A stretch of DNA of 64,000 bases from Octopus vulgaris. Its lineage: Eukaryota. A program made the position numbers and the translations under genes. Shown here in pieces: positions 12,211-24,297 of this stretch. Position 1 is the stretch's first letter. Every line of letters starts with the position of its first letter. Below the pieces are notes generated by a model. The model did not search any database. It was not told where the DNA came from and saw only the letters and a list, made by a program, of their open reading frames with translations. The stretch lies in the NCBI GenBank assembly GCA_951406725.2, contig OX597818.1, forward strand, positions 37,572,001 to 37,636,000, given 5' to 3'.

Positions 12211-12760
12211 CGGGTTACTCATTGGTACTGCTGGTAACATGTAACTCGGTACAACATGTGGCATACCCCGGAGTGTGGATGACTAAACTATTTTCCCCAC
12301 TATACTGGCTTGTCGAAGAGGATTGCTAGAAACCCATTGAGACAAAAGTAATAGTTGTAAAAATTAAGGATTATCTAGCAATAAGCCAAGGCTTAGAAAT
12401 CCTATAGTATGCTATAAGATATGCTATAAGACAACAGGGAATGAGTCACCCTTTAGCTTTTGTCAAAGCAGAGGGCACTAATGTGTTCGCAGCTATACCG
12501 GTGGTATAACTAAGCGGGTGGTCTGGGCTTGGCATCCTCAAAAGGTAGTAAAACGAGTTGGAAGGATAGCTCTGAGCATAAGCTCTTATTGTTTGTATGT
12601 GAGTACGAAGCAGCGAAGGCCAAAGGAGTAGTCTCAACAGTAGATCGAGTCAGAACAGAATTCAGGACCCTTCGATTCTATTCAATCTAAAGAGAGCATA
12701 AAGATGCAACAACTAGGATGGGTCTAAGGCTCCCAACCATCAACCAAGAGGATAGAAATA
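12210..12760 (+). mobile_element. Dispersed repeat, likely 5' region of an RTE-related element
   Basis: ctgctggtaacatgtaactcggtacaac...gactaaac...gaagaggattgctagaa matches the minus strand at about 27170-27275. The 3' boundary is uncertain. Confidence 0.5.
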
Positions 12761-12763
12761 TTC

Positions 12764-13190
12764 AGGCCTAGCTGTTTTATGAAGCTTGCTTCCCTACAAC
12801 ATGGCTGAAGGCTGAGTTCCACTGCGTGTCCCCCTGGACAAGTGTCTTCTACTATAGCCTCGAGCCGAAAAAGACCTTGTCAGTAGACAGAAACTGAAAG
12901 AAGCCCGTCAATATATATATATATATATATTATATACACACACACACACGTGTGTGTGTGTCTTTGTGTTTTTCCCTCACCGTCGTTTGATAACAGGTGT
13001 TGGTGTGTTTACGTCCCCGTAATTTAGCAAAAAGAGGCCGGTACATATTCTATCGGTTTCAAAAAGAGACCGATGGAATAAAGTACCAGGTTTAAAAATA
13101 AATAAGGACCGAAATCGATTCATTCGACTAACAGTTCTTCAGGGCGGTGCCCCAGCATGACCGCAATCTAATGACTTAAGTAAAAGATAA
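12764..13190 (+). mobile_element. SINE family B, diverged full-length copy
   Basis: caagtgtcttctactatagcctcg, internal (TA)n/(TG)n and a ggcggtgccccagcatgaccgc tail. Confidence 0.8.
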
Positions 13191-15567
13191 TGTGTGTGTG
13201 TGTGTGTGTGTGTTTATGTTGTGAGTCAAGGTATAAAATATGATAAGAATGTATCCACGGTATTTAAGAGTTCAATTATTAACATATCGTTTAAACTCTT
13301 ATACGTAATGCAATAAATATTGATGGAATAAACTTGGCATGGATATACACAGAATCTACTCAGACTATATTTAAAAGCAACACATTTAGAATAAAACCAC
13401 ATCTTATATGTGATTCATAATTCAACAGATTTCGACAGCTGATTCTTGGAATATAAATATCATTTATATAATTACGTAATTAACGTTAATAATTTAAATG
13501 CGCGCACACGCGCGCACGTGTGGTGTTGCAGTTGCGTTAGCAGTGATTTGTTTCCTTGCCATACTATACTACAGAATAATATATCTATTGGCTTTTAGTG
13601 AACCACGAACCTAGGTCTATATACCATGAACCTAGCTCTATATACAGTATCTTTGTAGGAAGAGAAAAACAAAAAGAAGGATCAGCTGAGTTGGTTCTGT
13701 GGCTGTTTAGCTCAGGTCAAAGTGGGTAGGCGCCATAATGGAAGATGTTCCATCCGTGTTCAGCGTGCCGTTTTTAAATAAAACACTGTCCACTTAAGAT
13801 CATCTTATTCAATACGTCCTTTAAAAAATATTTAGGTACAATTCGAGGAAGATTTGGTTGTTATTCAGAGAGTCTTTACTGGCTATCTGAAATTACAGTG
13901 GATAAACTGAGATGTACATAATCACGTATTATTAACAACATATCTTAACTAGCCTCATCATCTATTGCCCAACCCATCAGTAAATATATCGCTTATTAGA
14001 AACTCACATGTATTTCACACACACACACACATATACATTATACCTAAAAATTTGAGTATATATACATATACATAAGGATGTATGTATACACACACACATA
14101 TTACCCATTAATAAATACATCTCTAATTTAAAACAAACATAAATTTAAATATTATCGCTAAATATTTGTTAATAATACACAAGTCAAATATATTACACAG
14201 TGTTCCACCCCCACCAATGCATACATCTAAAGCTTATACTGATGCTAAAACATTATTATATAACGTTCTTGGATTTTATACCCTATGATTTAATGTGTGT
14301 GCCACGACCAACATCATTAACAGAATTCACAGCTATTGAATTGCAGTATTGAATACCAGCATTTGATGTTACGTTTGGATTGAAATAATAATCTCTTTTG
14401 ACTAGTCGTAAAGCCAGTTTCACAGGGATATGGGGGTAAATATTGATCGATCGATTTATTTCAGAATATTGCTGTTGTTTATTTTACTAAATTTGAACGA
14501 GTGAAAAATGGTGTCGACATCAGCGGGATTTGAACTTAGAATGTGTGAATTTAGAATATAGTGCAGTTCCCAAATTTTGTACAGTACTTAATTCGTCTCC
14601 CTGTCCGCACCTTATTCCACCGTTCCACAACAAGCTTTATTAATTATCGCATCTTTTTTTTAAATAACACTTTTTCGACGCCCACTTGTTACCATTCAAC
14701 ACTATCCACATAGAATTTTAATAATCAATTTTAATAATACCAAGTTAGAACGATTTACTTCCGGGCAATAGTTTGAAGCGTGTGATTACTTAACCACAAT
14801 ACCATTCTACTATAAGCAGATATTTGACACATATTTAACTTTAGTTATTGACTCAACCTGAAGGACATATATTCGGCCAAAGTGCAGGCGCGTGTTCTTT
14901 CGGTTTCATATAGACCCTCGTATTTATCGGCTGAAATTTATTATAATATTCCGGTGTATTTTCTGTCCATTTGCACATGACTGCTTCTACATGTGGCTGA
15001 TTATGAGATTAACAGATGGCATTCATAGTTAGAATCAACAACGTTCAAATATGTATTTATGTATATACATGCACATCCAAGTCAAGACTTTACCTCAAGC
15101 AACAGGTGCAGTGGCTGCCTTTATTGCATTTATGTAAATAGCCGGAAATTTTGACAATGCTTTTTATGCTTCAGTTTCTTATTTGTAGTATTCATGCCTA
15201 GGTGGTATATATTCAGTTTTGTTTATTAATGTATTTACATTTGAAAGTCGGTTATTATTGCATATAGTTATTGAGGTTATTGTTACTGTTGTTGTTGCGA
15301 TTGTCGCAAACAAGCTATTTATCACAATTTTTACACTAATTTTGATTTTAAAGTTAATATTAAAATAGGGGACAAAGACTAAAATTGTATAAATGCATTT
15401 ATTGCATCTTACCAATCCTGTGTCTCCAGTGCCCACATATAATTTTCCATCACCCTAAAGGGTCACAACCTGAGGCGCTAATTTATTCTATAAAGAATTC
15501 TGAGAAGTACTGCCATATTTGATGAAAATCTTAGAGAATTTCGTTCATAAATATAAAATATACAACA

Positions 15568-15970
15568 CTCTCTTTACTTGTTTTAGTCATTTGACTGCGG
15601 CCATGCTGGAGCACCGCCTCCAGTCGAGCAAATCGACCCCAGGACTTATTCTTTGTAAGCCTAGTACTTATTCTATCGGCCTCTTTTTGCCGAACCGCTA
15701 AGTGACGGGGACGTAGACACACCAGCATCGGTTGTCAAGCAATGCCAGGGGGACAAACACAGAGACACAAACATACACACACACATATATATATACATAC
15801 ATATATACGACGGGCTTCTTTCAGTTTCCGTCTACCAAATCCACTCACAAGGCTTTGGTTGGCCCGAGGCTATAGTAGAAGACACTTGCCCAAGGTGCCA
15901 CGCAGTGGGACTGAACCCGGAACCATGTGGTTGGTAAGCAATTTACTTACCACACAGCCACTCCTGCGCC
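15568..15970 (-). mobile_element. SINE family B (tRNA-derived, CORE-like), full length
   Basis: Head ggcgcaggagtggctgtgtggtaag (A box) and ggttcagtccc (B box), CORE-like accttgggcaagtg, internal microsatellite and AG-rich tail. Confidence 0.9.
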
Positions 15971-16099
15971 TTTTTAAAGCGCATTTACGTGTTATAGATA
16001 TGTCAATGAATCGATATCGGGTTGCAAATTCGGTTCACCTGAAAGATAACATCTTACAATATGGTGCTCGCTACTGTAATATGGAGTGATAAATAATGG

Positions 16100-16650
16100 T
16101 TTCTAACATCGACGCAAGATCATACATTGTAGAAGTGACGTCGGACGACTGGATCAAGCCCAGTATTTGAAAGGCACATATTTTATAAACGGTGGGTAAA
16201 CGTAAGGCAAAAACGACCTCGGCAAAATTTGAACTCAGAACGTAGAGATACACAAATAATAGTGTAAGACATTTGGTATGGTGCTCTACCGATTCAGCCA
16301 ATCCACCAATAAATAATTGATTCTAACTTAGGGAAAAGGCTAGCGATAACAGGGAAAGGGTATTAGTAGATAAAATCGACCCAGTACATGGCTAGTACTT
16401 TATTTTATTGACTGAAATAATGAAAAGCAAAGTTGACCTCGGTGGAATTTAGAACTCAGAACGTGAAGAGACGGAAGAAATACCGCTTAAACGATTCTGT
16501 CAACTCACTAATTAATAATGATTTGTCTTGATGAGACACAGGCTTCAGTTTTTTTTATGGAGACGGTATGGGTAACTGAACAGACCCTAGTATTTTACTG
16601 GTAGTTCATTTATCAATCCAGAAGGAAGGAAAGGCAAATTCCACTTTCAA
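16100..16650 (-). mobile_element. Three tandem degenerate SINE A copies
   Basis: Repeated gacctcgg..gaatttgaactcagaacgt and aaggcaaa motifs at about 16200, 16430 and 16630. Confidence 0.65.
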
Positions 16651-16683
16651 ACAAACCGAAAGTGGTTTAAAAATTCAGGCATT

Positions 16684-17106
16684 GGATCTTTTCGGTTTGA
16701 ACGGCAGTTTTTAACATAATTTCTAGGTAACTAAAAAATTTTAAACTTCGTATACTGGTAGAATGTGTTTATAAAGCATCTTTTTCTCTTGGCTTTATTG
16801 AGAAAATTCTAAAGTTTGTACGATATTTGTTGTTTTTTTTCCTTCAATTTCTGCAATTTCAACCAATCATTGACGTCTATTGAGGTAAAAAAAACATTCT
16901 GTGCCGTATGAATATGTCCCTCGTTTAAGAAACAGATTGGGTTTATTTACATTTGTGAAGAAAAAAAGACACCCTTCCCCCCAACCCTAACTAACCCTAA
17001 CCCTAAAACAGATTGAAATGCAATAGATCGATTCTAGGGTCATAATTATGGGTGACAATTTCATATGACACCGCTAGAAAAACTGCCGTTCAAACCGAAA
17101 AGATCC
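16684..17106. mobile_element. MITE with 28-bp TIRs and 8-bp TSD (Merlin/hAT-like), copy 1
   Basis: TIR ggatcttttcggtttgaacggcagtttt at both ends. TSD caggcatt at 16676-16683 and 17107-17114. Internal CCCTAA repeats. Confidence 0.92.
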
Positions 17107-17601
17107 CAGGCATTCAGTGCGGCGCTCAAGTCTTCAGAATCAAATAATGATCTTTCAGTTTATCACAAGTGTCTCAAGTTGTTTTTGTTGTTGCTGATTA
17201 TAATGTTGTTTTGCCCCAAGTTTTCCTAGTTGATCTAAAATCAAAGACATTCTACTCATTACCATTCTACCTTTTTTCTTTCTTTTAAGGCAAAGCGAGC
17301 CGCACACTACATGATTCAATATGTCCTTCTTTTAAGACAGTAGGGTGTTGTTTGTGGAGGATTTCTGAGTCCGTAGCAAAAGCCTCAAGTTGTTATTGTT
17401 ATTTAATACCAAATTATTCCTAATTGAAAGGCATTCCAACCGTGACCATTCCACTTTTTCAGGAATAAGGTACTTGGGCTTACATAATGTGATATGTTTT
17501 TTCCTGAAACAGTAGGTTGTGGTTTGAGGGTGATTTGCTGCTATTTCTAGCTGTACAAAAAACTACGTACTAACCTACTCGTTAGATATATCTGTGTGTA
17601 T

Positions 17602-17980
17602 TTCTTATTTCTTTATTGCCTACGAGAGAGGACAAACAAGGAGAGACAAACGGATTAAGTCGATTATATCGACCCCAGTGCGTAACTGGTACTTTATTTA
17701 TTGATCCCGAAAGGATGAAAGGCAAAGTCGACTTCGGCGGAATTTGAACTCAGAACGTAAAGACAGACGAAATACCTATTTCTTTACTACCCACAAGGGG
17801 CTAAACACAGAGAGGACAAACAAGGACAGACAAACGGATTAAGTCGATTACATCGACCCCAGTGCGTGACTGGTACTTAATTTATCGACCCCGAAAGGAT
17901 GAAAGGCAAAGTCGACCTCGGCGGAATTTGAACTCAGAACTTAACGGTTCGTCCGGCGTGCTAACGTTTCTGCCAGCTCT
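17602..17980 (-). mobile_element. SINE family A, dimeric copy with internal deletions
   Basis: Two units of gaaaggatgaaaggcaaagtcgac..cggcggaatttgaactcagaac plus the head ccggcgtgctaacgtttctgccagctc. Confidence 0.88.
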
Positions 17981-18009
17981 GATGTATTTCTACTTACACA
18001 TCATCCATC

Positions 18010-18011
<2 letters not shown>

Positions 18012-18076
<65 letters not shown>
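18012..18076. repeat. (CA)n microsatellite
   Basis: Pure CA run. Confidence 0.95.
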
Positions 18077-18078
<2 letters not shown>

Positions 18079-18569
18079 GACGAAATGTTTTATAATGTAC
18101 AATTTTCATTAGCTGTAATACTAGTCATAGTACATCAGATATCCTGTTCCGGATGTGGTCCTTATCATGCCATTGGGTCTTTGGGAAAGGATATGATAGC
18201 TAGACAATATAATGATATCGATCCATCTATGAGTCTTGTCAAGCAGCTTTTAACCAAATAATTTAATAATTCAGCATATATTTGAAATTCAAAGTGATTC
18301 ATCTCTCTCTAGAAATATCAAGACCAAATTATTTCCGACGTTTCCGGAATATATATGGTAAACCCGATTTTTCCCTTCTCCCTCGGGAAAGATTCACAGT
18401 ATTCTTGATGTAGTTTATACAATCAAAGATAAACAATTTCCTTCCTTAGATTCTGCCTTGTTATATAGGATTTCCTTTTCATTTTACAAACTCCTTATTT
18501 ACTCTTGCTTTGACCATATATGTGTGTTTGTGTGTGTATGTGTATGTATGTATGTATGTATGTATGTAT

Positions 18570-18961
18570 GAGGTAGTGGATAGCGATTTTCTTCACTACT
18601 TCAGGGAGTGAATACCCTGCCTGACACGAGTCCCGGGCTCAGCTCGCTCCGGCTGACAGTGCCCTGTATGGGCCCCTATGCAGGGTTACAGAAAGGAGGC
18701 AATCTTCAAAGAAATCCGGGGTGGAGCCCTGTAGGCGGTTTAGTGTTCGACTTGACACTCTTCCGGCAGCTCCTGCAACCAAGCTGGTGCCAAACGTAAT
18801 GCTCTGCACTCCTTTGGACTGCGTTAGCAAGGTCGAGAGAGGAATCCTGACGATTGGGCTACCCAGGATTTTCTTACAAAAACTGGAGAGGACAAGAAAT
18901 GTAAAAACCAGACTGGATTAGTTTATGCGCAACTCCATTGTCTCCCGAGACAAAAGGATGC

Positions 18962-18973
<12 letters not shown>
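18570..18973 (+). mobile_element. GC-rich non-autonomous retroposon, RTE-associated type
   Basis: GC-rich island between microsatellites ending in ggatgcc(aac)n. The segment ccggcagctcctgcaaccaagctggtgccaaacg resembles RTE 5' UTRs (recalled). Confidence 0.5.
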
Positions 18974-19005
<32 letters not shown>

Positions 19006-19399
19006 TATATAGGTTTACATATATTTGTAATCACATAATAATGTGCGCTTTGTGTTGCGTATACAACTTTCTGATAATGTGTGTGTTTGTATTTATGTTC
19101 GTGTATGTCAGTATGTTCTGTATGTGTTTATGTAATTATACGTGTTATAAAGTTGAATGACATTCAACTGTTGTACCTCAAATGATATCTACTAATTATC
19201 AAAGAGCTCCTAACTTTATTCATATCACACATTATACGCACTGTTTAATATATTGAAAAGGCTCGACAGGAATCTTCAACATCAGAAGGCAGTAGGTCGT
19301 TACAATGCTCAGACCTTTATAGATCATTGAACTACAATATGATATACTGCAGCTAACTACAGTATGCTGTTCTCTGGTTGTCATCAAGCCAGCAGATAC

Positions 19400-19820
19400 A
19401 GCGTATGAAAGAACGGATCTGAGAGCCAGTGAAAACTGAAACCGAGAAAACTGAGGTCATCTGTCAATGGCTGTCTACCCACAACCTTTCAGTTCAGTAA
19501 CCTAGGTGGCATCATTTCCAGTGATCGCACATTGGACTAGGAGATACTGAACTGCCTCAGGCTGTTGGAAAACTCTGGAAGGCTCAGAAAGAGATTCATT
19601 CAAAACGACTATCTTAGTCTACATATTAAAATTCTTGTCCACCGAGCAGCTTGTGTTCCCAATCTCCTTGTTGGGTGTGAGACATGGACCATACGTATAA
19701 ACGGTATATTAAATCTATCGAGTCCCTTAACATCCAGCAGCTCCAGAAGGTCTTTTCAGTCACCTGGTGAGATAGAATTACGTACAAGAAATCTTCTGAA
19801 CGTCCGCCTCTCTTGGACTC
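19400..19820 (+). mobile_element. RTE/BovB-like LINE reverse transcriptase fragment (pseudogene)
   Basis: NLGGIISSDRTLD*EI...SGRLRKRFIQNDYLSLHIKILVHRAACVPNLLVGCETWT. Confidence 0.8.
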
Positions 19821-19855
19821 ATCTTCTTTCCTATTTTCTTCTCAGAAAGTACTAG

Positions 19856-20036
19856 TAACGCACGAAAGTACTAGTTTATTGCAATAAACTAGTACTTTCA
19901 TGCGTTACGCAATCATCAGGTTTATGTAGGGACAATCGTGTCCCACAATCCACAACTATGTAAATTCTGGAACACAACTGTCACTACATAAACCTGATGA
20001 TTGCGTAATGCATGAAAGTACTAGTTTATTTCAATA
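19856..20036. repeat. Foldback element with 73-bp arms plus an overlapping 52-bp palindrome
   Basis: Arms 19877-19949 and 19964-20036 (about 7 mismatches). Palindrome 19856-19907 has one mismatch. Confidence 0.9.
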
Positions 20037-20327
20037 TTGTAAAATTGTATAATTGTAAAAATTGCAAATAGTAAAAGTTGGAATTTCATTGATTAATATA
20101 TTGTTCTATACACAATCATACAAACTCGGATATATATACACAAACTCATACACATAGACACCCTCAAACACGCACAGGCAAGGAAGCAGAGGTACACGCA
20201 CAAATACACACACACACATATATACACAAACACACAAACATACACACACACAAATATATTAATATGCAGAATACATAGTCAGCGTCTTACCACACAGCCA
20301 CGCCCGCGCCTATATATATATTCAATA

Positions 20328-20521
20328 TGTGACCGCGATCTTTTTTCCTCCGCCTTCCCTTCCTTGGACCTTTCTTTTTCCTATTTTTCTGACGAAGAGC
20401 TCCGCTCGAGACGTTAAATCCTTCTTTCTTTCCTTTCCTGAGCGTCCAATAACACTATACTTGTTCCCCATCCTCGCGTTGTTGTGTTTTCTCTTTGTGT
20501 TTTCATGTTTGGATTAACTAT
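20328..20521 (+). mobile_element. Penelope-like short repeat with hammerhead-like motif (GAAA changed to GAGA)
   Basis: tttCTGACGAagagctccgctcGAGAcgttaaat at 20385-20419. Closely similar to 62950-63160(-). Confidence 0.7.
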
Positions 20522-20541
20522 GTATATATATGTATATATCT

Positions 20542-20880
20542 GAGACCCCCTTCGGTTACGACACAGACCATGGGATTGCACCTAGAAAGTTATCCTCCCA
20601 GGCACAAGTCCGGGCAAGGTTGTTTTATGGAAGACCAGCAGTCGCCCATGCATACCGGCCTCCCCTCTTCACGCCACTAGTGTTTTCAAAGGGAAAGGCA
20701 AAAGCCGATACAGCTTGGCACCAGTGACGTCGCACCTCATTTCTACAGCTGAGTGAACTGGAGCAACGTGAAATAAAGTGTCTTTCTCAAGAACACTACA
20801 CGCATCCCGGTCCGAGATTCGAGCTCACAACCTCACGATCGTAAGCTCGATGCTCTAACCACTGAGCCACGCGCTTTCAT
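20542..20880 (-). mobile_element. SINE family C (tRNA head), tail variant 1
   Basis: Head gcgcgtggctcagtggttagagc...tcgaatctcggaccggg followed by gtgttcttgagaaagacactttatttcacgttgctccag. Confidence 0.85.
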
Positions 20881-21534
20881 ATATGTATATATATATATAT
20901 CTTACTCGAATACCGAAGTTAAGAGTAACATGTTTTTATTAAAGCTGCAAAAATCTTCACAACGTTTTGTATGATCACAGCTGACCGACTAACAGTAAAT
21001 GGAAGCTCTGAGAAACAGTTTGTGAAGAGTTTTTGTAGCCGTAATAAAAGCATATATTGGGTTGTTAGATAAATTCGTGTTTTTTTTCTTTCTACTTGAC
21101 ATTCCAGCGTAATGTGTTTGCAAAGAGTTAAAATTTTTAAAACTTTCAAAAGCATTAAACAAATGCTGCAGATGAAGAGTAGAGATGACACAAATAAATA
21201 AATATAAATAAAATAAAATTCAAATAACTAAACTAGATATATAAAGAACGAATTTTTCTGACAATCTTTATCTATACATACATACATTTTGATATTTCGA
21301 TAAGGCATAGCTCGACTATGCATATATGTATGAATATGTATATATACATATATCCTTATGTATGTATATGTGTATGTGTGGTTATGTAGCTGTGTGTATA
21401 TATTTATGTATACATACATGCATACTTATACATACATACATACATACATACATGCATACATACATACATACATACATACATACATACATACATACATACA
21501 AGCATGCATCCATGCATCCATCCATACATCCATA

Positions 21535-22140
21535 CAGGGTTGGCAAAAAAGTAATTTCGTTTTTTGTCACACACATACACAATATTCTGGCAAGATTAAC
21601 ATTTTTAATGTAAAACTACAAATTTGTATTGGAAAATTCCTGATAGCAATTAATCAACAATTATAATATGTAAAATATCAGTCTACAAAGCAGTTGAATA
21701 CCGTTATTTTTTTAGAATTCATGCGCCGGAGCGTTGAATCAAATAGTGTAAAACTATCTGAAGCGATGCAACAGTTCCTGTTCGTCCTGGGAAAACAAAA
21801 CGTCAAAACGCACGACCTGGCACCTGTACTGCTTCTCAGTTCAAAGATTTGAGCAAAGTCGCCACTAGCATCGGGACCAGCTTCGTGCAAGCGTGAAGGC
21901 ACGCTGGCAAAACGCTGCTCCTCTTAATGGAAACCTAACTTGTCATTGTGGTTTTTTGGCACAAAGCAAAACAAATCTTGCCGTCCACTCAAGAAAACAC
22001 ATTGTCAATGATTGAGAAGCGCTCAAGCAAACTGAGTCCTCAACTTATTCCATTTGCCAAAAGGTTTGCAGGCACCATCAGGTCTCAAGAAACACATTCG
22101 TGTCCACAGAGCATGATTAACGCTTTATTTTACTGAACCC
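21535..22140. mobile_element. Possible Tc1/mariner-like remnant
   Basis: Begins ta-cagggttggcaaaaaagtaatttcg, a Tc1/mariner-type TIR start. No clear catalytic motif recovered. Confidence 0.3.
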
Positions 22141-22170
22141 CCACGACAACAGAATCCATCATATATATAA

Positions 22171-22219
<49 letters not shown>

Positions 22220-24144
22220 ATTTGATCCAACGCCCCAGCGCATGTATTCTGAGAGATAACATTATTCAACTGTTTTGTCGACCGATATTTAAGTGGCCTA
22301 TGATCTATTTATCTATCTATCTATCTTTAACTATCTATCTAGCTTGCTTGCTTGCTTTAACTGTATACCTCTTTGTCTCTCTATCTACCTAATAGCTATA
22401 ATGGTGGTGTAAGGTTAAGTAAGTCATCCTAAATTGTCCTTTGGATCGGTTTACAGTCACAAACACGCAGTACTCAGTAACTCACCACCACCGCCAATAC
22501 TTTGCACAATCGCTACCACCATATTATAACACGCCACATAATTTTCTTCGCTAGTATATCTAAGCTGATGGCGAGTTTGATCATTGTTGGCATTGCAAAA
22601 TAAATGCCTGATGAGGCGAATGGTTGTTGAAGGTGGAGTTGTGTTTTAGTTTCATGTTGCAGCCCTTGTCAGATGTCTACTTTTGTTGGTTAATGTCAGT
22701 TCCCTCTGACCTTTTGTTGTGCACAACGTCAGCAAACAAGAGACCCTCACTAACTGTTTCGTTAATGTTTGTGTAATTCGAAGTAAACAAAACCTGAATT
22801 GATATAATGAAGAATGTGATACTCCTGGCGAACGATTGCGTACGCTTGAGAGAAGCAATTTAAAGCAAGCGTGGATCATCTACCGTTTTCCTCATACACC
22901 CCACTCTCTCTCTCTCTCTCTCATTTTCTTTCGGTTTCTTTTACTCTTTCTTTCTCGTCAGGAAATTTGTAATAGTGTATATCTAATATCATGATATTGA
23001 GTCACTAAAACGTGCTTATTTACGTAACAGTTGCATAATGTCTTTACTTCACTTGAGTTTCGTGATGACGACAACACAGAGCCGACATGACAGTTATGCT
23101 ACTGGCAACTGTGACTATTTGAGAAGGTTGCCTTGAAGAGGTCAACTACCCCAAAATAAGGTGACAAATATTGACTAATATTGGTATCTTTTTACTAGGC
23201 ACAATATCAGTGGTGATGACTATTGCACACTGTACTCTTTGAACCGATTATCTTCACTGGTACTTATTTCATTTGACCTCAGCAAATTCCATCTTGTTAA
23301 TATTTAAACTCAGCATAATGAAGTATTGTAATGAAATAAATCCAGTAAAACACATCCAGGCCAACATTCATATATTGTAACAATTTTCACATGTCTGAAC
23401 GATATTTGTCCGTGATTTAACACCGCTTCCATCTTTTCCTTTTGTGCCTTTAACGGATCCGCTCCGACATTTGGGCCAGGTCTCCGACTGTAGGATAAAA
23501 TGCTGCCTTCTTCATACTTGTTTTAGAAAACCCTCAAGAGAGTCATGGACTCTATCCCACATCTTCTTATTAAACCATGAAACTCTCTCGTGCTGATACA
23601 ACTTCCCTAGCATGAAGACATTCACATTACACAATCACATATTACGCAATCTATTCCTGCTCAGTTTCATCAATATATGTGGATTTCTTTTATGAAGCGG
23701 AAAGTCACATACTCGCAATAAGTGGGTATAGTCGTTTGAACCAGTCCCGGTGCACAGCTGGTGATTATGTTTCTTTTTTAAATTCCAGTAAGATTTTATA
23801 TTAAGACTTAGTGAATTGTTTAGTATGATACTCTAAATTTTCTGCTGACTGTCACTCTTACTTCATGTAAAGTCGAATTTCTTGACTAGGATGAAAGTCT
23901 TAAATTTATATAGGGAGTGGAATGATGTGGCATTTTTCAAGAGACTAGGAACGGCCAGAGTTACATGACTGAAACAAGTAAAAGAATAAAAGAGTATTAC
24001 AATCGGACTGTTGCGATTCGACATATGTCCGCCAGTTGTTTTGTATTTTCCTGCTATTAATTCACCTTTACGCTGTTTCCTTTCTTATTATATCATGTAT
24101 ATGTGACTTTCAATTTAAATTTTTCGGTCGCCACATGGTAGTGT

Positions 24145-24297
24145 TCCCGTAACTTAGTGTTTCAGCATAAGAGTTCGGTAGAATGGTACCGGGTTTTAAA
24201 AATAAATACTGGTGTCGATTTGCTCGACTAAGCCCCTTTGAGGTGGGGTCCCATTATCACCGCCGTCTAATGACTGAAACAGGTAAAAGATAAAAGA
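24145..24297 (+). mobile_element. SINE family B, 3' fragment
   Basis: cccgtaacttag...gtcgatttgctcgactaa...aatgactgaaacaggtaaaagataaaag. Confidence 0.75.

Noticed and set aside
22600-22900. Possible host exon in unique sequence (also 10300-10480 and 60340-60620)
   Set aside because: No convincing pair of splice sites with an open, recognisable frame. Small exons cannot be excluded without RNA-seq.
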